From Eukaryota sp. TZLM1-RC (Eukaryota; Protista; Metamonada: BaSk clade), in assembly GCA_040285825.1 (NCBI GenBank), contig JAUPSS010000008.1, forward strand, positions 1,240,001 to 1,304,000: a DNA stretch of 64,000 nt, written 5' to 3'. Below, piece by piece: positions 48,546 through 60,775 of this stretch. A program made the position numbers and the translations under genes. The notes under the pieces were generated by a model. The model ran no database searches and was not told where the DNA came from. It saw only the letters and a list, made by a program, of their open reading frames with translations. Every line of letters starts with the position of its first letter. Position 1 is the first letter of the stretch.

Positions 48546-51500
48546 GCCACAGAATACAAAAATATAATGGCAAAACCTCGCACAGAACGTGACGATTTTT
48601 TGGGGAATAACGCCACCCTCGATAACAAAGGATTCAGAATTCGGTGGTTAGAGGTAATGGAAGTTGGTACCGACTTCTCTGGGAAACTAGATAGTCCCGA
48701 GAACGTCCGCCTCCTACCTGACTGGTTCAGAGTTGGTATAGACAAAATTTACGAAGAGCTTAGCGCCCCCGGAGAGGACTATACGGTAGTTAGAGAGGTT
48801 CATGAATACTACCCAGTCTCACATAGACCAAATTACGTTGAAATGAGACCAGCCTCACAACCTTTCAGGCTCATATATGAAGAATTAGGGGTCACTTATA
48901 GACGAGATGATATAAACATGACGACAGCAGTCATTTCCACATACAGGTCTCCTCCTAATAACAGGAACCTCCAAACAGGCGATTCATGGGTACAGAACAA
49001 GGTTTTCACCTTCACCCCCATCATTGGTTTAGAGAATACACCCTTCAAGAGCATCAGGCCTTTCCGGCCCTCAATTCAACTAAATTTCCAAGATGAATCG
49101 AAATCAGTTCAGGAGCTGCATGTAGACACCTTACCCCAACCAAACACAGGACCAATAGGGTTAGACGTCCTCACAATCCAACCTGGTGATTCATCACAAC
49201 CGATGGAAGGAGTTCCACAATCCTCGGTTGACACCACACACACAACGGGACAAGGTCTTAGTTTACAAGATCTACAGGCAACTGGATCTCAACAACAACA
49301 CAGTCAAAACCCACTCGATCCACGCCTCATATTAAATCAAAACTTACAGTCCCATGTTGGTTATCATTACAGAACTAAGGCCATAGAACATGCAACCATA
49401 CACGAGCCCCCTAGACTCGAATTCCCTGAAACTCAGATGAAAATAGTACATTTCCTCATGGAATTCGCCCTCTGGGACACAACTGGTAGAGACGGAGCTC
49501 AAAACGTCGATCAAATACAGATCCCACAATCCAGCACCCCTCAACAACAAGAACAAATAACGAAGATGATAACCAGTTTAGCTCAGTTGATCTCAGTACA
49601 GAGTGGAGACTCATCTCACATTCAGCAACAAATAGACGATTTACAGTCCAAATTGAATAATATGGAAACACCAAAATTATACAGAATAGATCAAAGCTTC
49701 ATAAAAAAGATAGGGGTACCTGTTCACTCTTATGATCTTTTTAGATCAGTCTTATCAACAGTGAATCCCCAGGGAATCTCAGGTTGCATCCATGCCAGAA
49801 TTATATCTTTCTGGAAACAACAACAACTCGTGAGCATGGAACCTACAGATGCCGAAATATTATTACTACTGTGTAGGAGAAGCCAGTTCACATCATTACA
49901 TGATGCAAAATTAGCTCTTTTTAAACCTAAATTCAACTGGCAAAAGGTAAGTACATCCGCCGACGCAGAAAGAGAATACGCGATTTATATGGAAAATTTT
50001 GGAGACATCTTAAGGATGTGCACATACATATCCGACCCATCGGCCAGAATTGAAGAACTCGATTTTTCAAGAGGGGTATTTACACTGCCAATGTCGACCG
50101 TAGCTAACGACTTCTTAACAGGTCTGGACAACTTGGCATTAACGAGCAATTTATTCGAGATTTACGGTAAACAATCTTTTTGGAACGACAAACTAGTCTC
50201 GTTCAACGATTTAACCAAAGTGGCCAGAGAGAAACTTTTGTATTGGATGCAAGCCGCACCGAACAAGGAAACCATCCAACTACTGAGAAAAGAGGCGAAC
50301 AAACCTAAATTAGAAACAGGAGAATTTCATTCGTCAGAAAGGAAAAGGAGAACCGACCCTGAAGACCAACAATTCCCTCAATTGAAAAAAGGTAAACACA
50401 CCAGAGGGGGACAGAAATTTTGTACCTTTTGTCAAATCCCAGGTCATATTATAACAGAATGTAGGGACCCAACCTGTAGTCGCTCATTGGTCCCTATGAA
50501 TCAAAGAAAAGGCGCCGGCTATGGTAGAGGCCGTGAAAACTTTAGTAGAGGCAGTAGAGGCAATTTTAGTGGCCGAAGTAGAGGCCGTGGTAATTTGTAT
50601 AGAGGAACTAGGGGCCGACGTGGCCGTGGTAATAGAGGTAATACATATCGTGGATATAACGTCCTTAATAACAAGTTTAATAGCAAAAACAAATCATCGC
50701 ATGTTACAGCTCCCGAATTGAATCAGATTTGTTCTTCTACTCAATCGGACAATTCAGCTCAAACAGCCCTCTTAAATCCACTCTCTTTCTTGAACAATGG
50801 AAATAGCAACATAAATAATCAGATTAATGTAATAAATAATACAGAAAGAGATTTATGCAACCGAACAGGTAACACTGCTCCTTGTATAAACCACAACAGA
50901 TCCCAGCAGCCTCAGTTTTTAGAACTTCAGGTAAGAATTAACAGTACAGTCATAAAAGGCATGATAGATACAGCTGCATATTGTTCTGTCATTTCCCTAG
51001 ACCTAGCAAATCTGTGTTCAATGTCCATCAATGAAAACGACATCACACAATTCATCCCTGCTAGTAACGTATCGACCAATTCGCTTGGAAGTGCACAAGG
51101 CATTCTGACGTTCAATGTTGGTAGCATCGCGAACCAAGTTTCAATAAATCATACTCTCCCCATAATCCCGGGTTCAAACAAATTTTTAATTGGGGTAGAC
51201 ATGTTACAACAACTTGGGTTATTGACATCTGACCGTTTAGTAATTGTACTAGACGAAGAGCGCCGCACTTTACTAAATGCTGAAACCGAATTTGATAACA
51301 GAATTAAAACTCACCAAATCGGTCATGTAGAATCTATTCCCAGCAGTGAAGAAGATTTTACCCAGCAATTAGATAGATCTGGATGTGAGATTAAATTAGA
51401 TGATAGTGAGTATAATAAGAGTTTGTCTGATATATTAGCTCAATACAAGGACGTATTCAGCGAAACGCCCAATAAAGAAGGCATCGATTGTCCACCCATG

Positions 51501-54500
51501 TCAATCCCCTTCTATAATCCTAACGCTATTGTACATAAACCAGCAAGGGGTCTCAACCCAAAGAAATTACAAATAGCTAACCAAATTTTTGACGAATTAA
51601 TCGAAATGGGCTATTCAATTGAATCGAACTATAAATTCAGTTCCCCTATTGTATTAGTAATATACCCTGATGATCGAAAACCGAGGTTGACAGGCGATTT
51701 CAGCGGTAAAGATGGTGTTAACGCTCTTACTATTCCAGTTGAGTCTAACTTACCATTAATTTCGGATGTTTTGGAATTTCTAAGTCAAGCCAACTACATC
51801 GCCACTTTGGACCTTCCAAGAGCTTTTTGGCAGATGAAAGTCGCTGACGAGGATATTGAAAAGACATCCATCTCTATCTCTGGCAGATCCATTATGTTTA
51901 AAAGGGCATGTTTCGGATTAAAGAATATCCCAGCAATTTTTCAAAATGTTATGATGGAAATTTTTCAGATAGACGGAGTGTTCATATATATTGATGACAT
52001 AATCACAATTGGGTCAACCCTTCAACAATTTTTAGAAAGAATTCAAAGGGTACTGCAATGCGCAAGGGATAGAAGAGTCAACATTGGATTAAAAAAATGT
52101 AAATTCGTTACTGACAAACAACCAATTGACATTTTAGGCAGCACTTTCCAATATAAACAACGTAAAATTAGTCAAAAACGAGTCGATGCTTTAATTAACA
52201 TCCCTGCTCCAAAAACAATAAAAGAAGTTCGGTCATTAGTCGGCTCAGTCAATTTCATCAGAGACTGGCTCCCAAACATTTCACAACTAATTGCACCCAT
52301 AAACGAATTAATCAAACACAAACAACGCCGTGTCAACTGGGAAACCAAACACGACCAACTATTAGAACAAATAAAAGAATTAATCATTAATCATATGCCT
52401 CTGGAATTACCATCACCAGACAAACGCATTTTGATAAGCACCGATGCATCAGACATCGCAGTAGGAGGAGTTCTCTGGCAAGAGGTCGAACCATATGCAC
52501 CCATAGGAACTGCATTAAAAGATAGAAAAGTAAAACCAATCTCTTTTTACAGTAGAATATTAACTGATACTCAAAAACGTTGGTCAACATTACAAAAGGA
52601 ACTATACGTAATATTATTAATACTAAGAGAAAGCCATTTAGAAAGCTTCATCATCACTCGACACTAAACCATATTCACAGACCACGAAATATTGCGTTCC
52701 TCGCCACAGCTCCAGAAAAGAACAGAATAGTCAAAAGATGGTTACCTATTTTATCAGAATTTGTTTTTGATATAGTACATGAGAAAGGAGAAGACAATCA
52801 CTGGGCAGACATGATGTCACGAAACATTGATGACAATTCAGTAATACCAGAATTAAATCACATCAGTCACCCACACGATTCTTACTGGCACGGTGAAATT
52901 CCACCCCCAGATGACGATTCCGACTATGAAAGTCCAGAACCAATCCACATTCTCGAATTATCAAGACACCCAGATTTACCAATCTTTTCAAATTGGTTAT
53001 CCAAAATAAGAGCAGAACAACAACTGGCCATTAGCAATCACGATCCATTATTCAAAAACGCCACACTCTGCAGAAACACTGAAATCTGGCTTAATAATAA
53101 TAATAAAATGATAATACCGACCAAACTAAGAAAAACAGCACTCAATCTAATACACGGATTAACACAATCAGGCCACCCAAGCAAAAACGAAAGTCTTCAC
53201 AAGCTTTCCAAAAGTGATTTTTACTGGCCAAACATGAGAAAAGACCTCATCAAACACATCGAAAAATGTCCTACTTGTCAAAAAACAGCCCCCATAAAAC
53301 AATCAAAGACTCCCTCAACGGGCTCACTGTGGGCAAATCGTCCATTTGCTAAACTAAATGTAGACACAATTGGACCTCTGAATAAAAATAATAATGATAA
53401 TAAATACTTATTAGTTTTCGTCGACAGTTTCACTAGATATACAATACTAGTGCCACTGAAAGAACTCAATGCTTTAGAAGTGGCAGATGCATTAATTTGG
53501 AATATCTGTGCAATATTCGGCATACCTATGGCTATACATAGTGATAATGGCCCAGAGTTCGCCAATGAAACATTCAAATTGCTATGCCAGAGAATGTCAA
53601 TTGAAGTCACAAATTCAATTCCATATCACTCTGAAAGTAATGGATTGGTAGAAAGGAAACATAGGGATGTAATTCAATGTATAAGAAGATTATTAATAGA
53701 TTACAACGACTATGACGCTTGGTCCACATATGTCCCAATTACACAGTTATTAATTAACTCAACCAAAAGCAGAATCACAAACCACACCCCCTATGAATTG
53801 ATTTTCGGGTCATCTATCAGCCCTAGATCAGACCCTGCTAACATCCTTGGTGGCATATTCGATTTTGAATCCAATGTCCCACTTTTACAAGACCTCAAAC
53901 TTAAAACTGATCGTCTCCAAAAGAAATGGGAGGAAGCAGAGAACCACCAATTATTAAACAAACCCAGTCAGAATAATATTAATAATAATACAGAAACCAC
54001 ATTTAATATTGGTGACTATATTCTTCGAAAAGCTAAGCAAAACAGCAAATTGCATGGATCCTGGTTAGGCCCATTTTTAATTATAGAAAACCCATCCAAT
54101 TCCACATTGACAGTTAAGAACCTGACGACTGGTGATGAGACAAAGGTATCAAAGAGGGACTGCAAAATATACAACGCTGACGATCCTAACGATGTTGATT
54201 TACTCAGGGCAATCGCACTCACCGATTCAGGTAAACATGTCATCGAAAAAATCCTTGAGGCATATAAAACATCTCAGGGACCCTTCTGTACTGTGAAATG
54301 GTTTGGTGGAGAAACTACCGAGGAACCACTCCATTCGATCAGATATTCAGAAGCGTATAAGCGATTTATTAGTAAGCCAAATAAAAGAAAACGCAAAGCT
54401 AATATATCCAATAGCTCGTCTCAGGCTCTCCCCGTGCCTCGACAAAAGCGATATCCGCAAAGGAAGCGGAACAACAATAGTAAGTAATTTTAATTAACGA

Positions 54501-54621
54501 AACGGGAGAAGGTAGTGTAGGTATCTCACTAGTGAGTACCGTTATATAGAATGACATTTAATAAAATTAACTTTATCTTAACTCTCTTTACATCCAGCTA
54601 GCATAATGCCCAACGGCAACA
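48545..54621 (+). mobile_element. Ty3/Gypsy chromodomain-bearing LTR retrotransposon (element A), 5'-truncated
   Basis: Single gag-pol frame 48567-52667: CTFCQIPGHIITEC knuckle, MIDTAA protease, YIDD RT, STDASD RNase H; stop plus frameshift at ~52665-52690; integrase (HHCC, DDE) and chromodomain-like VIEKIL...VKWFGG..TEEP; PPT GGGAGAAGGTAG; 3' LTR. Confidence 0.95.
54516..54621 (+). repeat. 106-bp 3' LTR of element A
   Basis: TGTAG...GGCAACA directly after the polypurine tract; homologous to the reverse complement of 57534-57654. Confidence 0.88.
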
Positions 54622-57600
54622 GATGTTCATTTCCTCTCGTACCATGGCCACCTCGGCTCCTATATCTACCTGGGCCTCTACTATGGCCTCTATGAATATT
54701 TTTGAAACTATCATAACTACCTCTGAATGGTCTACCTCGGCCTTTACTTCTGCCGGCGCTTCTTCGTTGATTTAATGGGACCAGAGATCTGGTGCATCCG
54801 GGATCTTCACATTCTGCAATTACATGGCCTGGTTTCTGACAAAAAGTACAGAACTTTTGGCCTCCTCTGTAATGTTTTTCTTTTTTAAGGTTAGGGATGG
54901 ATGAATCTGGTTGGCTTGTTCTCTTTTTTTCGGCTGAGGTGTGAAAATCACCTGTTTCTAATTTGGGTCTGGATGCAGCCTTCCTCAATAGCTAGACCGT
55001 TTCCCTATTTTGCGCAACATTCATCCAAGATAATAAATCATTTCGCACCTTCCTTGTTAATTGGGGGAAGCTCACTAGCTTGTCCTTCCAATAGCTCTCT
55101 TTACAGAATTCTTCGAACAGGGGCTCAGTGAAAGTCAAGTTGTTGATGCCTGTTAAAAAGGCATGAGCCACTGTTGACATTGGAAGAGTGAATACTCCAC
55201 TCGAGTGATCCACATCTTCGATCCTAGCTGATACATCAGTGATGTATGTAGACATTCTCAGGATGTCTCCAAAATTTTCCATGTATATTGCAAACTCCCT
55301 TTCTGCGTCTTCGATTGAATTGACCTTACGCCAATTGAAATGGGGTTTGTGTAGAGCTAATTTGGCGTCGTGGAGCGAGTTGAATTGGCTCCTCCTACAA
55401 AGAAGCAGTAAAATTTCTGCGTCTGTAGGTTCCATGCTAAGGATCTGTTGTTGTTTCCAGAAGGAAATGATTCTTGCACTGATGCAACCCGAAATTCCCA
55501 GGTGGTTGGTCGTCGCCAAAATGGACCTAAAAAGGTCGTAAGCATGAATAGGTGGCCCAATTTTGTTAATGAAATTGGGGTCTATTCTGTAGATTTTGGG
55601 CGTCCGAAGTCAAGCTGAGACTTGAACGAATCTATTTGTTGTTGTATCTCAGTTGTAGCACCTCCTTGTATTGCTAGTAACTGAGATAGACTGTTGACCA
55701 TGTCAGCAATTTGTTTCTGCTGCTGAGCTGAACTTGTTTGAGGCATTTCTATTTTCTCGACATTTGTCGTTCCTCCTCTGCCTGTACTGTCCCAGAGAGC
55801 GAATTCCAGTAGAAAGTGTACTATTTTCATTTGAGTTTCTGGAAACTCGAGTCTGGGGGGCTCATGAAGCGTATCGTGTTCTACAGCCTTTGTTTTATAG
55901 TGGTATCCAACGTGAGATTGTAGATTTAAGTCAAGAACTTGGCGTGGATCATGGATTCCGGCTAATGTTCCTGATCGAGATGAGGAGAGATCTTGTCTGC
56001 TCAATCCTGGACCTGTTTGATGTGAGGTCGATTCTTCCATTGGGACAGATGAGTCCGTTGGTTGGATGGTGAGGACGTCCATGGGAATGGCCTGATTACC
56101 AGGCTGCAGTAGTTGGTCAATTTGTAGTTTTTGAAGAGGTTTCGGTTCCTCTTGAATGTTAAGCTGAATGGATGGCCTGAAAGGTCTAATGCTTTGAAAA
56201 GGCGTATCCTCTATACCTAATATTGGGGTGAAGGCGAAAGCCTTGTTATTAACCCAAGTGCCCCCAATTTGTACATTGTGGTGATTGGGGGGAGACCTAT
56301 AGGTGGAGATGACTGCCGTTTTCATGTTGGCATGATCTTGTTTGAAGGTGACTCCTTGTTCGACGAAAATTAGCCTGAACGGCTGAGATCCGGGTCTCAT
56401 CTCAACGAGATCAGGGCTTGATGACGATGTTTAGTATTCGTAAACCTCTCTTACTACCGTATAATCCACTCCAAATATGCTGTTGACTTCATAAATTTTG
56501 TCCAGACTTGGCCTAAACCAGTCTGGGAGGAGGTGTATGTTCTCAGGTCCATCCAAATTGTTAGAGAAGTCTCGACCATACTCCATGACCTCCAACCACC
56601 GTATTCTAAAGTTATATATGTCGAGGGTGGCCTTTTTTCCGATAAAATCGAATCTGTCAGCACGAGGCTTGGACATGATGGATTTATAAGAGGAATTTAG
56701 TGGGGATAGTCGTATTCTGCGTTCAGCAGGTCTACCCGTCAATTCCTTGCTCTCTTTGTCAAGAAGCTCTATAGTATTTTTAAGGACTTGTGAGGTGAGG
56801 GGAACTTCCCTGAATCCTTCTAAAGTCTCGTTTAAGGTTTGTACCGAAACACAGTTTTCTAAGTCTGGGTACAGGGACGTATCTGAAGGGAGAGACTCCA
56901 CAAAGTCTGTTGGCTCTTGTTTCTCACTTTCCTCTTTTGAGAAAGTGGCGAGAAGCGCCTCTAACTCTGGGCTAGTGGCAGGAGGTTTGTTCTGCGAGAC
57001 TTTGGCCGTAGTCAAGGCTGTGGTAGCCGTTGAATGGGCGTTGTTGTTGGGAGGGATTACCTCCGGAAGAGTTAGGTTAGGAGTGGGGTTGTGACCCGAA
57101 CTCGGATTTGGAGGAAGGAGTCGAGGTTCTCCGCTCGTATGAATAATAGTGGGGTGTCGGCCCGAACTAAATAAATGTGGAGTGAGGTGGGTTGCACCCG
57201 AACTCGTCGTTCCTTGAGTGGAGTGTGAAGTACTCGAACTCTCGTCTATGTTTGGACTGGGGTGGGTTGCACCCGAACTTGGTGTTCCATGAGTGGAGTG
57301 TGAAACACTCGAACTCGTTTGACCGGGAGTGGGATGGACTACATCCGAACTCGTTGAGGAAGGAGGGGTACTCGTTTCCTTTGTTGGAGCACTCATAGTA
57401 CTCGAAATTATGTGAAGAGGAGGGTTAGAAAGGTCTCCTCTGAAAGATGTCTGACATACCCCAGACATCTTTTTGTCGTTTACAGCGCTGTTGCTGTTTG
57501 CTGTGTGGTGTGCCTGTGACGCACAATAATTATTGTTGCCGTTAGGCATTATGCTAGCTGTGTATGTATGGGTTAGTTAAGGCGGGTTAAGATATAGATA

Positions 57601-57654
57601 ATTTTGTTTAATGTTATTCTATATACTTAGGTACTCACTAGTGAGATACCTACA
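54622..57654 (-). mobile_element. Ty3/Gypsy element B: 5' LTR plus decayed gag, cut off by element A
   Basis: gag pieces 56431-57549, 55582-56400, 54992-55519 and 54622-54988 are homologous to element A gag, including CTFCQKPGHVIAEC. Confidence 0.92.
57534..57654 (-). repeat. 121-bp 5' LTR of element B
   Basis: TGTAGGTATCTCACTAGTGAGTACC...CCTAACGGCAACA on the minus strand. Confidence 0.88.
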
Positions 57655-57699
57655 CAAAGGTAGTTCTTAAAGTATAAACTCCCTCACCATAAACACAGT

Positions 57700-59229
57700 T
57701 TTCAAAATCCTCTGAAAATGCACTTCTTGGTTTTACCATTGTTTCCCCATCATACTCAGCTGAAATATAACGAATTTTGGCCATTAATGATTCACATAAT
57801 TGGGCAGATATTCATGGTGGTATACAATTACGTTGAAAACGAGACTGTAAATACAGCTTTAAGCAACATGTAGTATGAATTCACAATTGTTGAAATATTG
57901 AAGCAGTTTCTCTCAATTTGAGTATCACATCTGAGTGTTTAACCATTGAGTTGACGGTTGCTCGAATGGTTTTATAAGATGGTAAAATGAACTTATCTTT
58001 TTGAAACACTACAAAAAGTTCGAGACATAATACACAAGCATGGAGCCCATATTGAATCAAATTTTGCCTCAGGGGAGAAGTAGCTCAACAATCAGTTGGT
58101 AAAATATGGGTAAATTCCTGGTGAAACTTCATTTTCTTTTCATTTATCATTTTATAAACCAGATTGCCTAAGCCATGTCGATAGGGGATTTTAATTTATT
58201 TCTTGGCAAATACCAGAGTATCTAAAAGATAAAAGCCATTTTCCCTGATGACAACTTCTCTCCATCTTGGTGAAAGTTGATTGAGTTCATCCACCATTGG
58301 ATCACTTGAAACAGTAGAAAATGGTAAATTCAAATCATTGAATATATTTTTCAATATTTGTAAATCAAATTTGATTAAATTGTGATTCAATAAGCAATGA
58401 GTTTGATAATTGCCATTAATGTTTGAAAATCTACGAAGCAAAGTTTCCTCAATAGAAAATGATTCTGCATGAACATTAATATTAATTTTAGGTAAAGATC
58501 TAATCTGGGAACTCATCTTCAATAACAACGAATATTTGCTTTCGAAAAAGTAATTATGGCGGTCAAACCTACCAATAAAAATGGAAATTAAAAACACCTT
58601 TTGATTAAAAAAAACTTTTTGATCTGAAATCCACTAACCCATTTGCTCATCAATTTCTTTTCAAAAGATTTGCACTTATCTTGTCTCTTTCTGTTGATGA
58701 TCTCGTCAGGAGGGAGAAATTAGCCATCATGATTTTGGTAAAGATGACCATCCTGATAGGTTTCAAAATCAAAGCACATAACAGTGAAAAGATTTTGATT
58801 TGGGGTCATTGATTTGAATTGAATCAAAGAATCAGGGTTGAAGCCACTAAGACTTGGCTCAATTTTTCTGACCATTCTCGGATTCAATGGTTTTTTTGTC
58901 AAAATCTTCCTGTTCTGAATATTCAACATTGTATTCTCAATACAAATTTCTTGGTTCAGTGCTTTTTGTTGTTTTTTTCGCTTACGCTTTGATGTTGGTT
59001 GGTCAAAAATCGCTTTTCTAAAAATTTTTGATGGAGGCGTTGATTTAAAATTCAATCTTCTCTTTTTGGGACCAGTATTTGTTTTAACATCTCCATCCAT
59101 TGTTAAATCAACAGTAAATGGTTTTGTTGGAAGAAGATGTTGGCAGCTACTGGAATGAAAAGATAAATTATAAACATAATCATCAAACTCAATATTATCA
59201 AAATAACAATTCAAGACACAACATCCCAT
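57700..59229 (-). pseudogene. Decayed protein-primed family B DNA polymerase N-terminal/exonuclease region (Polinton/adintovirus-like) preceded by a 2A-like peptide
   Basis: In order: MCFDFETY (Exo I), GRFD (Exo II), YLLDT, GIYPYF (~58110), HSDVILKL (Exo III-like, ~57930); upstream DLTMDGDVKTNTGP. Confidence 0.55.
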
Positions 59230-60775
59230 ATCTAAAGTGCAAGTACCTTAATCAAAAAAAAGCAACAAAATCAAAACCACCAAGATAACAATTCAAAACA
59301 AAACATAAACAAGAAAAACATCCCGTATCTAAGGTGATTAGCACAATGGCTGATTCAACAGCACCCATATCATGATTCACATTATGACTAAAAAAATGCA
59401 ATACTTTACCCCCACGGAAGGATCAGAACGACGATTCCGATAGGAAATCGAGGCTCTGACCTTTCGTTTATTCCTGTAAAGCAGGATGACTGTTCCCAAC
59501 TGAGGAGTTCGGGAGGAAGTACTCTGCTGCTCTGTGAAGAACAGGTTAAAGGAGGAGGTGGGAATCGGGTCCGTAACCTCGTCATCTTGTTTCTCGTTTC
59601 GCTGCAATGAATGGGAAGAGTCAAGTTGATGTCGCTGTCTGACACGATGTCTGACATGCTGATTGCAATTGTAAATTGATTGCTGCTTTCGACCATGGTA
59701 TCAAATGCCTATCCAATGTATTTCTATTAATGGTCAGCAGCATCAGCTCGATTTACCTTTCAACTGTTACTGTTACCAAAGTCTCCCACTCTTCTTCTTT
59801 ACTTGTTTCCATTTCTAAAAAATACCGCCAAATCACATCATCATACATCTCCAATCTGCAAAGTTCTGTCGACAAATTGATCATGCTTTAGAAGGTCAAT
59901 GTTGACAATTTCAGTACACAATCATGATAGGACTGTTCTATGCTTCTATAATAAGTGTTTATGTGCTTCTAGTTCCATAGAAGTAGTGTTCACATTTTCT
60001 GTATCAGTTAGTCCACTGTGGATCATTACTGGATGGAATATTGTTTGAAGGATGACGCTCAATAATCCTGGATCAGGATTCCTGACCATCGCCACCAGAC
60101 TATTAAACTTCAACAAATTTACAAAACACGAATAATCATATTCATTCGTCGTCGTCGGAAGTTTGGGGATATAATTGTTCTGATTCAGTCACGAAATTGC
60201 GATGAGAAGTATAATCACATCCTATGGATGTTTGAGTAAATCTTTCACTTCAATATATCATGAATGATACAGGAATATAGTATGTTAAAATATTGCAAAA
60301 TTATTGGGTTCAATTCTGTGTCCAACATGAAATGGACACAGAAATGTTCTGTTATGCACTGATTAATCAACTATTACTCAGGAGTAAAATCATTCAAACA
60401 ATCCTAAGAATTACAATGAGGGAAATATTTTGATAATAAAGCCATTTTTCCTCATCGACTCGATATATTCATAATGTGTCAAGTACAATCATCATTATTC
60501 AATTTTACATTGAACCCAAACAATATGAATGTTGATCATCGTTAAGTTTGATCTGTTTCCAAGACTCGTCACTTTTGCACTTAACTCTACATTGACTGTG
60601 TTACTTAATGCAGCAATTTTGACTGAAGAAACAATTCTCTCACTTTTACTCTATTAAGTGATCAGACAAACATGTTTGCGTGCCAATACAGAATTTTCAA
60701 TGTATGATGTTTCACACTTTCCAATTGCATTATTTTTACCATGACCAAAATGATGTTATTGATTCAATTTGGATA

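Noticed and set aside
52660-52690. Programmed frameshift between RNase H and integrase
   Set aside because: Element C reads through in one frame (TRHLTIFTDHKNIAF); element A has a point stop plus a 1-nt deletion, which is decay
12835-56433. In-frame TAA codons in mobile elements as evidence of a TAR=Gln genetic code
   Set aside because: Long host ORFs have no internal TAA/TAG and end in TAA, TAG or TGA; the stops replace Tyr or Leu codons in aligned copies
57185-57350. Imperfect tandem duplication (SHSTxGTxSSGATH)
   Set aside because: Ordinary low-complexity repeat within the gag N-terminus
59370-60740. Short minus-strand ORFs upstream of the PolB relic as further viral genes
   Set aside because: No capsid, ATPase or integrase motif could be recognised by eye
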